Source: an uncultured Oscillibacter sp.
GTDB taxonomy: Bacteria > Bacillota > Clostridia > Oscillospirales > Oscillospiraceae
Direction: 5' to 3'
Assembly (NCBI RefSeq): GCF_900546705.1
Contig: NZ_URDP01000003.1
Coordinates: 20,871 to 84,870 of the forward strand
Length of the DNA stretch: 64,000 nt
The position numbers were made by a program, and so were the translations under genes. The notes beneath the pieces were generated by a model. It did no database searches and was not told the DNA's origin. It saw only the letters and a program-made list of their open reading frames with translations. Numbering within the stretch: the stretch's first letter is position 1; the number at the start of each line of letters is the position of its first letter. Shown one piece after another: positions 20,797-29,970 of the stretch.

Positions 20797-20827
20797 CAGT
20801 GTATGGTGCCGGATGGCCGGGGGTGCA
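20797..20827 (-). promoter_or_regulatory. Sigma-K/sigma-E-like mother-cell promoter
   Basis: Minus strand AC-N17-CATACACTG upstream of Cys-rich gene. Confidence 0.55.
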
Positions 20828-20856
20828 AAAAAGCGGCGGATTTTCCGCCGCTTTTC

Positions 20857-21936
20857 TTATTCATAGGTCAGGGTGCTGGTTCGGGGACTTACAATGCAGA
20901 CGTAGCTGGAGCCCTGCCCCAAAGCCAGGGGAGTACCGTCTGTCAGCGTATAGACGAAGGGACTGTTCCGGTCTGTCTTGCTCCAGCGGATGGGGACTGC
21001 CTTTCCGCCGCAGAAGAACATACCGTCTCCGCTGCCGGTGAGCGTCACCCGCAGACGGCCTGCTGTGTCGCCGGGAATCACGGAGATGGAAGTCTCCAGA
21101 ATGAGCACGTTGGTGGCGGATACCTGCCGGCCGGTGGCTCCGTCCACATAAGGTGCACCGTACTGGCTGGCAAGGTATTGGCCGCTTTGGGCATCGTAGT
21201 CGAACTGACCGGTTTTATAGCTGGTATAGTGCAGCGTCACGGAGACGGCGGGTTCCCCGCCGGACGGAGTACCGTCCGGAACAAAGGTCTGGGTGTAGGT
21301 GTAGCCGTCTGCGTGCTCCGTGGGAAAGTGCCCCTGGGCCAGGTAGTCCCCGATGGCAGAGGCGGAGGTGAGCATGCTGTGCTCGTATCCCATGGACTTG
21401 CGCCGGTCCGCGTCCCGCCAGAAGATCTTGGCGTCGGAGCCGCCGTTGACGCCGTCCATGTTGTCTACGCCCCAGGCGGAGATATCATCATAGGCGTCCG
21501 GGCTGCCGCCGGCATGCACCAGCAGCGCGTCGTGTCCCAGCGCCAGCTCCAGGTAATAAGGGCGGGTGGAGCGGATGCTGCCCAAATCCCCCACGCCCTC
21601 CAGGGTCTGGTAGACGGCCAGCATGCGGGTGATACCGCCCTCGGCGGGCACCTCATAGATGATGTCCGCCTGGGAGATACCCAGCTGGGGCTGGGCGATC
21701 TTCAGGTTGTTGAACATGACGGCCACCGGGCGGTCGTCCTCAAACTCCGGCTCCATGGGCTCTCCGGTCAGAGGGTTCATCCCGGCGGGAACATAGGGCT
21801 CCGGCTCCGGTTCCGGTTCCTCTACCGGAGGCGGCGTGACTTCCGGCTCCGGTTCTGGCTCCGGCTCCTTGCCGCAGCCTGCCAGGCTCAGCAGCAGCGC
21901 CGCCGAGAGAAAGAGGACTCTGATCCGCTTATCCAT
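20857..21936 (-). CDS. DUF3048/YerB-like lipoprotein
   Basis: Lipobox LAGC, Pro/Glu linker, NPLTG, RPVAVM.NN, EGGITR, SIRSTRPY. Confidence 0.88.
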   Translation of the reverse strand: MDKRIRVLFLSAALLLSLAGCGKEPEPEPEPEVTPPPVEEPEPEPEPYVPAGMNPLTGEPMEPEFEDDRPVAVMFNNLKIAQPQLGISQADIIYEVPAEGGITRMLAVYQTLEGVGDLGSIRSTRPYYLELALGHDALLVHAGGSPDAYDDISAWGVDNMDGVNGGSDAKIFWRDADRRKSMGYEHSMLTSASAIGDYLAQGHFPTEHADGYTYTQTFVPDGTPSGGEPAVSVTLHYTSYKTGQFDYDAQSGQYLASQYGAPYVDGATGRQVSATNVLILETSISVIPGDTAGRLRVTLTGSGDGMFFCGGKAVPIRWSKTDRNSPFVYTLTDGTPLALGQGSSYVCIVSPRTSTLTYE

Positions 21937-22025
21937 GTCTCCGCCGCCTTTCCGGTTTCGTTTTCCTTATGATACCAACCGCACGGGCAGGCCGTCAAGG
22001 CGGAAAACGCCCTTTTTCGACAAAA

Positions 22026-22442
22026 CTACATCTGCTTGCGGTAGTGGAAAATCAGGAACAGGTCCAAAAAGGATTTGGCCAGAAACACACCCACGGCGGC
22101 TACCGTTACCCACAGTGGCGCGTCCAGCCCGATGGAGACCCACGCCGCCACCAGGACCGTCCATTGCAGTACCTCACCGGACACCGCCTGGGCACGGCGG
22201 CGGATGGCGATGTTGCGTTCGTCGTTTTCCTCGATCTGTGCTCTGTGCATGATTTCGGGCTCTTTTTCTTCCCACCGCAGTGTGCGGAATTTGGAAAAGC
22301 CGAAAGCAAACAGTCCCATGCCGATTGCGGTACCCGTAGCGCCCACCGTGTCCGGGATGCGGTGCTCCAGCACCAGACTCACCATGGCCAGCAGCAGCCC
22401 TGCGGTGCCTATGGCCAGATAGCCTTTTGTTTTGCGTCTCAT
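22026..22442 (-). CDS. Hypothetical membrane protein (4 TM, DERN motif)
   Basis: Coupled to XRE regulator; IEENDERN motif between TM pairs. Confidence 0.75.
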   Translation of the reverse strand: MRRKTKGYLAIGTAGLLLAMVSLVLEHRIPDTVGATGTAIGMGLFAFGFSKFRTLRWEEKEPEIMHRAQIEENDERNIAIRRRAQAVSGEVLQWTVLVAAWVSIGLDAPLWVTVAAVGVFLAKSFLDLFLIFHYRKQM

Positions 22443-22642
22443 TTGGCATCCTCCTCATAGATGAAAATATCCTCGATGGCAAGGTCGAAGTAGCGGGCGA
22501 TTTTGAACGCCAGCAGGATAGAGGGGTTGTAGCGCCCGTTTTCCAAAGAGCCGATGGTCTGCCGGGAGACCTCCAGCGCCTCGGCCAGCTCCTCCTGCCT
22601 GATGCCCCGGGCCTTGCGCAGTGCCTCCAGATTGTTTTTCAT
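22439..22642 (-). CDS. XRE-family HTH transcriptional regulator
   Basis: QEELAEALEVSRQTIGSLENGRYNPSILLAFKIA. Confidence 0.92.
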   Translation of the reverse strand: MKNNLEALRKARGIRQEELAEALEVSRQTIGSLENGRYNPSILLAFKIARYFDLAIEDIFIYEEDAK

Positions 22643-22660
22643 GTGCACATTCCTCCTGAA

Positions 22661-22728
22661 ATGGAAAGCGTCCTTTCCATAGCTTCACCATAGCACGCGG
22701 CTGCGCAAATGTCAAGCAAGCTTTCCAT
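22661..22728 (-). promoter_or_regulatory. Promoter with two palindromic operators for the XRE operon
   Basis: TTGACA-17-TATGGT; ATGGAAAG-N4-CTTTCCAT (22661-22680) and degenerate copy 22709-22728 over the -35. Confidence 0.75.
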
Positions 22729-22740
22729 CAAATTGGGGGC

Positions 22741-22767
22741 ATAACCGGGGACAACCTCTCATACAGT
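22741..22767 (+). promoter_or_regulatory. Sigma-E promoter of spoIIIA operon
   Basis: ATA-N16-CATACAGT; spoIIIA is an established sigma-E operon. Confidence 0.75.
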
Positions 22768-22796
22768 GGAGTAACAAAAGAAAGGGGGCATGGCCC

Positions 22797-23708
22797 TTGG
22801 AAGAAGAGCGGACGGACACGCGCTATGAGGAAGCGGTGGCGCTGCTGCCGGAAGAACTGCGGCGGGCGGCGCTGACACTGCCGCCGCCGCTGCGGCGGCG
22901 GACAGAGGAACTGCGGTTCCGGGCGGGACGGCCCATGACGGCGCTGCTGGGGAACGAAGAGCGGCCGCTGCCGGTGACGGTGACACCACGGACTCTGGAG
23001 ACGCTGTGCGACCGGGCGGCGGAGTACTCCCGCTATGCGGCGGCGGAGACCATCCGGCAGGGCTACCTGCCGGTCCGGGGCGGATTTCGGCTGGGCCTTT
23101 GCGGCTCGGCGGTAATGAAGGGCGGAGAGAGCACCGGCATGACCCGGCTTTCTTCGGCTGTGCTGCGGATCGGGCGGGAAAAAGTTGGGATTGGCCGGGC
23201 ATTGGCACCGAAACTGTTCCGGCAGGGGCGATTTTTGAGTACGCTGATTTTGTCACCGCCCGGCGGAGGCAAGACGACGCTGCTGCGGGATCTGGTACGA
23301 TGTCTCTCTGACGGAGACGGCTGTCCGGTCCGGCGGGTATCCCTTATTGACGAGCGGGGAGAGGTGGCTGTCATGTGGAACGGCTGCCCCCAGATGAATG
23401 TGGGCCGACGCACCGATGTGCTGGATGGCTGTCCCAAGGCGCTGGGAATTCCCATGGTGCTGCGGGCCATGAATCCTCAGGTCATCGCTGTGGACGAGAT
23501 TACCTGTCAGCGGGATCTGGAGGCTATGGTGCTCTCGGCCGGGTGCGGCGTGGGATTGCTGGCTACCATCCACGCAGCGGACCGGCGGGAGCTGGAGGAA
23601 AAGCCCCTGTACCGCCGGCTGCTCGCAGAGCACGTCTTTTGCCTGGCGGTGTGCATCCGACGGCAGGAAGACGGGGCGAGGACCTATACCGTGGAGGAAC
23701 TGGGATGA
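22797..23708 (+). CDS. spoIIIAA: Stage III sporulation protein AA (ATPase)
   Basis: EELRFRAGRP, SPPGGGKTTLLRDL, IDERGE, PQVIAVDEI. Confidence 0.95.
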   Translation: MEEERTDTRYEEAVALLPEELRRAALTLPPPLRRRTEELRFRAGRPMTALLGNEERPLPVTVTPRTLETLCDRAAEYSRYAAAETIRQGYLPVRGGFRLGLCGSAVMKGGESTGMTRLSSAVLRIGREKVGIGRALAPKLFRQGRFLSTLILSPPGGGKTTLLRDLVRCLSDGDGCPVRRVSLIDERGEVAVMWNGCPQMNVGRRTDVLDGCPKALGIPMVLRAMNPQVIAVDEITCQRDLEAMVLSAGCGVGLLATIHAADRRELEEKPLYRRLLAEHVFCLAVCIRRQEDGARTYTVEELG

Positions 23709-24202
23709 ACAAGATTTTGGGGGCGCTCTTTGTATTGGCGGCGGGACTTTGGGCCCGGTGGGCGGAGCTCTCCGAGCGCAGGCACCGACGGGACATGCTG
23801 GCATCTCTGGCAGACGCCCTGGACCGAATGGGGGAGGAGATCCGCATGGCCCGCACGCCCATGCCGGCGCTGCTTGAAACCATGGGGGAGCGCTGCAAGG
23901 GAGAGACGGGTGCCTTCTTCCGGTGTGCTGCTGCCGGACTGGATGCGGGGGAGCGGCTGGGAGATGCCTGGGAGCAGGCGGCTTCGTGCATGATGCTGCC
24001 CCGGGAGGAACTGACGGCGCTGACGGCGCTGGGCTGGCATCTGGCCGGCGACGAAGAGGCCGCCTGCCGGGCTCTGGCGGGGGTCGGGCGGCAGCTGGAG
24101 CGGCTTTTGGAGGAGTGGGACCGGCAGCGTCCCGAGGCGGAAAAACGGGCCACGGCGCTGTGGCTGTCCGGCTCGGCGCTGCTGGTGATCTTGCTGATAT
24201 GA
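23705..24202 (+). CDS. spoIIIAB: Stage III sporulation protein AB
   Basis: Operon position; N- and C-terminal TM, EIR..RTP.P. Confidence 0.88.
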   Translation: MNKILGALFVLAAGLWARWAELSERRHRRDMLASLADALDRMGEEIRMARTPMPALLETMGERCKGETGAFFRCAAAGLDAGERLGDAWEQAASCMMLPREELTALTALGWHLAGDEEAACRALAGVGRQLERLLEEWDRQRPEAEKRATALWLSGSALLVILLI

Positions 24203-24214
24203 GGGATGCGGCTT

Positions 24215-24409
24215 ATGGATGTGGATTTGATTTTTAAAATTGCCGCCATCGGGATTCTGGTGGCGGTGCTCAATCAGCTGCTGGTTCGCTCCGGCCGGGA
24301 GGAACAGGCGATGATGACCACCCTGGCGGGGCTGGTGGTGGTGCTGATGATGATGGTGCGGCAGATCAGCGACCTCTTCGAGCTGATCCGCACCCTGTTC
24401 GGATTTTGA
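24215..24409 (+). CDS. spoIIIAC: Stage III sporulation protein AC
   Basis: MDVDLIFKIAAIGILVAVLNQLL..SGREEQA. Confidence 0.95.
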   Translation: MDVDLIFKIAAIGILVAVLNQLLVRSGREEQAMMTTLAGLVVVLMMMVRQISDLFELIRTLFGF

Positions 24410-24411
24410 AT

Positions 24412-24801
24412 ATGGAACAGGCCATTCAGGTGACGGGGCTTTGTGTGGCGGGGGCTGTGCTGGCACTGACCATCCGCCGGGGAAGCCCGGAGACCGCGCT
24501 GCTATTGAGCATCTGCGCGGCGGTAACGGTGCTGCTGGCTGTGGGACAGGCCCTGGGAGAGCTGCTGGATTTTCTGAAGGAGCTGGCGCAGCGCAGCGGC
24601 ATCCCCAACGGGCTTCTGGTGCCGCTTTATAAAACGGTGGGCATCGCCCTGGTGGTACGGGTGGGCGCGGGACTGTGCACGGACGCGGGGGAGTCGGCCC
24701 TGGGGAAGGTGGTGGAGACGGCGGGCGCCGTCTGCGCACTGACGGCGGCGCTGCCCCTTCTGCGGACAGTGCTGGAACTGATGATGGAGCTGATGGCATG
24801 A
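24412..24801 (+). CDS. spoIIIAD: Stage III sporulation protein AD
   Basis: K.VGIA...LC.DAGESALG..VE. Confidence 0.92.
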   Translation: MEQAIQVTGLCVAGAVLALTIRRGSPETALLLSICAAVTVLLAVGQALGELLDFLKELAQRSGIPNGLLVPLYKTVGIALVVRVGAGLCTDAGESALGKVVETAGAVCALTAALPLLRTVLELMMELMA

Positions 24802-25880
24802 GACGATGGATGATTTTCGTGGCGGCGGCGCTGCTTTTGTTGACGGTGCGGGCCAAGTGCGTCCAGCTTCCGGAAGAGGTGGAGCGTGCACTGCCGGAGG
24901 GAACGGAAGAGATCCTGGAGGATGTGGAGCTCACCGACGGCGCCGGGGCACTGGGGAGCGGACTGAGCGGTATTTTGGACTCTGTGACAGAGCAGGCGGC
25001 AGACGTGGTGCGCCAGCGGCTTCGGGGAGCAGCGGCCGTACTGCTGACGGCGGTGCTGTGCGGCGCGGTGGATGGGTTTCACCGCGCTTCGGGCGGCAGC
25101 GCACTGCCCTTTTTGCCCATGGTGGGAGCCGTGTCTGTGACCATGGTGACCACCGGGAGTCTGGGGGATCTGATCGGCCTGGGGGCGGAGACCATCCGGA
25201 GTCTGGGGAACTTTTCCACGGTGCTGCTGCCGGCTATGGCGGCAGCTACCGCCGCCTCCGGGGCTGTTTCTTCCGCTACAGCCCAGCAGGTGAGCGCCGT
25301 CATTTTGGTGGACCTGCTGCTGCGGCTCATCAACAGCGTGCTGATCCCGGCGGTCTACCTCTACACGGCGCTGCTGACCGCCGCTGCGTGTCTGCCGGGC
25401 AACCGGCTGGAGGTGCTGGCGGGAGGACTGAAAAAGGTCATCGTCTGGCTGCTGACCACGCCGCTTCTGGCCTTTACTCTGTACCTTTCTGCGGTACGGG
25501 TGGTTTCCGGCGCAGCGGACAGCCTCAGCGTCAAGGTGGCCAAGACGGCCATTTCCGGCGTGGTGCCGGTGGTGGGCGGGATCATCGCCGAGGCGTCGGA
25601 GACGGTGCTGGCCGGAGCGGGTATGCTGCGGGGCGTCATCGGCGTAGGAGGAATGCTGGCGATTCTGGGGGCTTGTGCCTATCCTTTTTTGCAGCTGGGC
25701 GTCCAGTACCTGCTCTATAAACTGGCCGGATTTTTTGCAGCCATGGTAGGCCCGCCGGAGCTGTGCCGCCTGATTGACGGCCTGGGCGGCGCGTTTGGGC
25801 TGGTGCTGGGCATGACCGGTGCATGTGCACTGCTGCTGCTGATCTCTCTTCTCTCTTTTGCCGGGGCGGTGGTGCCATGA
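24798..25880 (+). CDS. spoIIIAE: Stage III sporulation protein AE
   Basis: Polytopic membrane protein, VPVVGG motif, operon position. Confidence 0.9.
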   Translation: MRRWMIFVAAALLLLTVRAKCVQLPEEVERALPEGTEEILEDVELTDGAGALGSGLSGILDSVTEQAADVVRQRLRGAAAVLLTAVLCGAVDGFHRASGGSALPFLPMVGAVSVTMVTTGSLGDLIGLGAETIRSLGNFSTVLLPAMAAATAASGAVSSATAQQVSAVILVDLLLRLINSVLIPAVYLYTALLTAAACLPGNRLEVLAGGLKKVIVWLLTTPLLAFTLYLSAVRVVSGAADSLSVKVAKTAISGVVPVVGGIIAEASETVLAGAGMLRGVIGVGGMLAILGACAYPFLQLGVQYLLYKLAGFFAAMVGPPELCRLIDGLGGAFGLVLGMTGACALLLLISLLSFAGAVVP

Positions 25881-26356
25881 TAGAGGGACTGCGGCAGTGG
25901 ATGATCTCCCTGGTGGCCCTTTGTATGCTGCTGGCTGTGGTGCGGGTGCTGGTACCGGGCGGAACCATGAGCCGTGTGGCTGCATTTATCGGGGGATTGG
26001 TGCTTCTGGCCGCGCTGGCGCAGCCGCTGGCAAAGCTGGGGGCCGTACGCTTTGCGCTGCCGGACTACGCCGGGGAGATGGAGCGGCTGGAGCGGCAGCT
26101 GGAAGAGGAGAACGAAACGGCTCTGGCGGAAGGCATAGAGGAGCGGACGGAGGCATATATATCGGACAAAGCCGCTTCCATGGGCCTTGCGGGCACTTGC
26201 CGGGTGGAGACGAAACCGACGGAGGAGGGCGTCCCGCTTCCGTGGTCGGTGGAACTGGAAATGCCGCGTTCGGCGGAGCTGGCGGCGTGGATCGAAGGGG
26301 AGCTGGATATCCCCGCGGAGAGGCAGGTTTGGCATGGAGCGGAAGGGGAAAATTGA
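25877..26356 (+). CDS. spoIIIAF: Stage III sporulation protein AF
   Basis: Two N-terminal TM, operon position. Confidence 0.8.
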   Translation: MIEGLRQWMISLVALCMLLAVVRVLVPGGTMSRVAAFIGGLVLLAALAQPLAKLGAVRFALPDYAGEMERLERQLEEENETALAEGIEERTEAYISDKAASMGLAGTCRVETKPTEEGVPLPWSVELEMPRSAELAAWIEGELDIPAERQVWHGAEGEN

Positions 26357-26852
26357 AGGAGTGCGAAGGCTATGGGACAGATACAAATTTGTGGGTCTGG
26401 TGATGCTGATCGGCGCCGCGCTGCTGTTATGGCCGAGTGGGAGAGGCTCCACCGCCAGTCCCAGCGGCAGCGACGGGCAGCAGGAGGAGGCGGAGACGCT
26501 GGCCCGGGAGCTGGAGGAAATTCTGGGAAAGATGGACGGCGTGGGGCAGGTGCGGGTGCTGCTGACGGTACAGGACGACGGGCAGCGCCAGCTTGCAACG
26601 GATGGGGAACTCTCCTACAGCGGGTCGCCCCAGGCGCCCGACGACTATCAGCGTACCAACGAGACGGTACTGGTGGACGGGGCACAGGGCGACGAGCCGG
26701 TGGTGACCCGGCAGTGGAGCCCCACGTACCGGGGGGCGCTGGTGGTGTGTCAGGGGGGCGGCCAGGCGTCGGTGCGGCTGGCGGTCACGGAGGCGGTGAC
26801 GGTTCTGACGGGGCTCACCGCAGACCGCGTCACCGTGGCAAAATGGCAGTGA
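26334..26852 (+). CDS. spoIIIAG: Stage III sporulation protein AG
   Basis: LEEILGKMDGVGQVRVLLT, GALVVCQGG. Confidence 0.9.
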   Translation: MERKGKIEGVRRLWDRYKFVGLVMLIGAALLLWPSGRGSTASPSGSDGQQEEAETLARELEEILGKMDGVGQVRVLLTVQDDGQRQLATDGELSYSGSPQAPDDYQRTNETVLVDGAQGDEPVVTRQWSPTYRGALVVCQGGGQASVRLAVTEAVTVLTGLTADRVTVAKWQ

Positions 26853-26875
26853 TTATCTGGAGGAGGAGAGGAGAA

Positions 26876-27478
26876 ATGAAGGGCAGATTCAAACGCAACG
26901 CAGTGGTGGTGACCATGGCGCTTCTGGTCTGCGCGGCAGCGGCGCTGAACTGGAAGTACACGGGGCAGCAGGCGGCGGACGCCGTGGAACAGCAGGCCCA
27001 GAGCCAGGAGGACGGTACCAAGATCCTGGGCGAGGCGCAGCTGGTATCCGGCGTGGAGGGCGACGATCCCGAGGCGGCTTCTGCCGCAGGTGATCCCACG
27101 GGGGAGGAGGCCGTGTACACAGGCTCGGACTACTTTGCCTCCGCCCGGCTCACCCGTCAGCAGGCCCGGGACAGCGCCGTGTCCCTTTTGCAGGAGGCAG
27201 CGGAGCAGGAGGGGGCCGGTGAGGCGGCGGCCACAGAGGCTTCCGAGGGCATTGCCGTCCTGGCAGGCTACACCATGAAGGAGGCCCAGATCGAAAACCT
27301 GGTGACGGCCAAGGGCTACACGGACTGTGTGGCGTTCATGGGCGACGAGGGCGTCAGCGTGGTGGTGGCCACCGACACCGGGGAGCTGACGGAGGAGGAT
27401 GTGGCCAAGATTACGGACATCACCGTCAACGAAACCGGGTATCCTGCCAGCAGCGTGCGCATCATGGCGGCAAATTAA
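26876..27478 (+). CDS. spoIIIAH: Stage III sporulation protein AH
   Basis: YFASARLTR..AR, E..IENL..AKGY.DCV. Confidence 0.9.
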   Translation: MKGRFKRNAVVVTMALLVCAAAALNWKYTGQQAADAVEQQAQSQEDGTKILGEAQLVSGVEGDDPEAASAAGDPTGEEAVYTGSDYFASARLTRQQARDSAVSLLQEAAEQEGAGEAAATEASEGIAVLAGYTMKEAQIENLVTAKGYTDCVAFMGDEGVSVVVATDTGELTEEDVAKITDITVNETGYPASSVRIMAAN

Positions 27479-27575
27479 AGGTTGTAATTTTCCCGCCTTC
27501 ATGGTAAAATAACTATCCAGAAATGCAGGGAGACAGGCGTGCCTGGTTCCCAAGGATGGATAAGGAGAAGATACC

Positions 27576-27953
27576 ATGGGCGAAAGCAAGGAATATATGA
27601 CCCTGCCGGAGGAGAACGGCAGCATCAACATCTCCGAGGAGGTCATTGCCGCCATCGCCGTGGGCGCCGTCCGCGAGGTGGAGGGTGTTTCCGGCATGAT
27701 GACCAATCTGGGCGGCAGCGTCACCGATCTGGTGAACAACAAGAAAAACGCCCAGAAGGGGCTCAAGGGCGTCAAGATCGACATGACCGGCACAGCACTG
27801 ACGCTGGATTTGTACCTGACGGTGCAGTTCGGCCACCCCATTCCCGAGGTGGCGGAGAACGTGCAGAAGGCTGTTGCCTCCGCCGTGGAGGCTATGACCG
27901 GCTGTTCGGTGGGCGCTGTGAATATCCATGTGGGCGGCGTGACGCTGGCCTGA
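27576..27953 (+). CDS. Asp23/Gls24 family protein
   Basis: G.I.ISEEVIA.IA...VEGV, VQ.AV..AVEAMTG, VNIHV.GV. Confidence 0.92.
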   Translation: MGESKEYMTLPEENGSINISEEVIAAIAVGAVREVEGVSGMMTNLGGSVTDLVNNKKNAQKGLKGVKIDMTGTALTLDLYLTVQFGHPIPEVAENVQKAVASAVEAMTGCSVGAVNIHVGGVTLA

Positions 27954-27998
27954 GCCTGCGGCGCTTGTTTTACGAGAGAGAAAAGGACGATTTGATTT

Positions 27999-28445
27999 AT
28001 GGTACGGAATACCGCACGGGAAATAGCAATTCACCTCTCCTATGAGCTGAGCTTTACAGACCGGCCCATCGATCAGCTGCTGGATGAGCGGCTGACGCCG
28101 GAGACCTTTGCCACACTGGCGGCGGAGGATGAGCTGTATGCCGAGGCCCCCAACGCCAAGCAGGCCGAGTATATTCGGCGGCTGGTCAAAGGCGTGGCAC
28201 AGCACGGCGCTGAACTGGACGGCTATATCGCAAAATACGCAAAGGGCTGGAATTTTGCCCGTATTCCGCTGGTGGCGTCGGCTATCATGCGGGTGGCCAT
28301 GTATGAGATCCTCTACATGCCGGACATCCCCAACGGCGTTTCCATCAATGAGGCGGTGGAGATCGCCAAAAAGTACGAGACGCCGGAGACGGTGAAGTTT
28401 ATCAACGGAATCCTGGGCAGCTTTGTGCGCCAGGAGATCGTCTGA
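27999..28445 (+). CDS. nusB: Transcription antitermination factor NusB
   Basis: R.TARE, INEAVEIAKKY, FINGILG. Confidence 0.95.
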   Translation: MVRNTAREIAIHLSYELSFTDRPIDQLLDERLTPETFATLAAEDELYAEAPNAKQAEYIRRLVKGVAQHGAELDGYIAKYAKGWNFARIPLVASAIMRVAMYEILYMPDIPNGVSINEAVEIAKKYETPETVKFINGILGSFVRQEIV

Positions 28446-28522
28446 GCGAGCACACTGGCAGAGCGGGACGCGGCAAAGGCCGCCGTCCGGCTCTGCTTTT
28501 GTGTGGAGGCAAGGGAGGCGCT

Positions 28523-29761
28523 ATGGAACAGCATATCTTCGGCGTGGCCGAGGTCAACCAGCTGGTCAAACACTTGCTGGACGGGGAGCCCATGCTCTCG
28601 TCCATCTGCGTGCGGGGCGAGCTGTCCAATTATAAAATGTATCCGTCCGGGCACCATTACTTTACCCTCAAGGACGCGGAGGGAGCACTGCGGTGCGTCA
28701 TGTTCAAGGGCGCTGCGTCCAAGCTGCGCTTCCGGCCGGAAAACGGCATGGCGGTGGTGGCTTCCGGCCGCATCACCGTCTTTCCCCGGGACGGAGCCTA
28801 CCAGCTCTACTGCAATACGCTCTCGCCCCTTGGGGCGGGGGACCTGGCGGTGGCCTTTGAACAGCTCAAGGCCAAGCTCCAGGCGGAGGGACTCTTCGAC
28901 CCTGCCCATAAAAAGCCGCTTCCGGCCTACCCGGAGCGGATCGCGGTGGTCACGTCCTCCGCAGGTGCCGCCGTCCACGATATGATCCGGATTCTCCGGC
29001 GGCGCTATCCGCTGGCCAAGGTGATCTTGCTGCCGGTGCGGGTCCAGGGAGCGGAGGCTCCGCCGGAAATCGCCGGCGCCATCCGTTACGCCGACCGCTG
29101 GCATATCGGCGACGTGATCATCACGGGCCGGGGCGGCGGCTCTATGGAGGATCTGTGGGCATTCAACGACGAACGGGTGGCCCGGGCCATCTATGAGTGC
29201 CAAACGCCCATCATCTCCGCCGTGGGCCATGAGCCGGACGTGACCATTGCCGATTTTGTGGCGGATGCCCGGGCTTCCACCCCGTCCAATGCCGCGGAGA
29301 TCGCGGTGCCGGACCGGATGGAGCTTGCCCGACAGCTGCATGAGATGCAGATCCGGCTGGAGCAGGGGCAGATCACCCGTCTGGAGACGCTGCGCAGGCA
29401 TCTGGAGACGCTGGCGGACAAGCGGTGCCTGCGGGACCACGGGGCGTATATCCAGGATAAGCGCATGTCGCTGGTGCATCTGCAGCAGCGGCTGGGGGAT
29501 CTGGCTTCCGCCCAGACGGCCCGCAAGCGGCAGCGGTTTTCCGCGCTGGCTGCATCGCTGGACGCGCTGAGTCCGCTGGCGGTGCTGGGCCGGGGCTATG
29601 CCGTAGCCCGGAACGAACAAGGTTCCATTTTGAAAAGCTGGCGGGATGTGGCTGCCGGCGAGACCGTGACTGTGACACTGGGCGAGGGCGGCTTTACCGC
29701 CCGGGTAGAGAAGCCCTATGGGAAGGAGCAAGACGATGAGCGAAGAGAAGCGGACGTTTGA
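28523..29761 (+). CDS. xseA: Exodeoxyribonuclease VII large subunit
   Basis: GELSN, SGHHYFTLKD, RGGGSMEDLWAFN, AVGHE.D. Confidence 0.96.
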   Translation: MEQHIFGVAEVNQLVKHLLDGEPMLSSICVRGELSNYKMYPSGHHYFTLKDAEGALRCVMFKGAASKLRFRPENGMAVVASGRITVFPRDGAYQLYCNTLSPLGAGDLAVAFEQLKAKLQAEGLFDPAHKKPLPAYPERIAVVTSSAGAAVHDMIRILRRRYPLAKVILLPVRVQGAEAPPEIAGAIRYADRWHIGDVIITGRGGGSMEDLWAFNDERVARAIYECQTPIISAVGHEPDVTIADFVADARASTPSNAAEIAVPDRMELARQLHEMQIRLEQGQITRLETLRRHLETLADKRCLRDHGAYIQDKRMSLVHLQQRLGDLASAQTARKRQRFSALAASLDALSPLAVLGRGYAVARNEQGSILKSWRDVAAGETVTVTLGEGGFTARVEKPYGKEQDDERREADV

Positions 29762-29969
29762 GCAGAAGCTGGGCCGGCTGGAGGAGATCGTGGCGGCTCT
29801 GGAAAAAGGGGACGCACCTCTGGCGGATTCTCTGGCGCTGTTTACCGAGGGAACGGCGCTGATTGCCCAGTGCTCCCAGGAACTGGACCAGGCGGAACAG
29901 CAGGTGGTCAAGCTGATGAAAGGCAGCGACGGCGCACCGGTGGAGCTGCCGTTTGAGGAGGAGACGTAA
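29736..29969 (+). CDS. xseB: Exodeoxyribonuclease VII small subunit
   Basis: TFE..L.RLEEIV..LE.G..PL..SL.LF.EG. Confidence 0.95.
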   Translation: MSEEKRTFEQKLGRLEEIVAALEKGDAPLADSLALFTEGTALIAQCSQELDQAEQQVVKLMKGSDGAPVELPFEEET

Positions 29970-29970
29970 T

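Noticed and set aside
21795..21868. CCGGCT/CCGGTT tandem repeats
   Set aside because: Encode the Pro-Glu linker of the DUF3048 lipoprotein; not CRISPR or a phase-variable tract
22016..22022. Single Spo0A box (TTCGACA) upstream of DUF3048 gene
   Set aside because: One 7-mer is expected by chance in 64 kb; no second box
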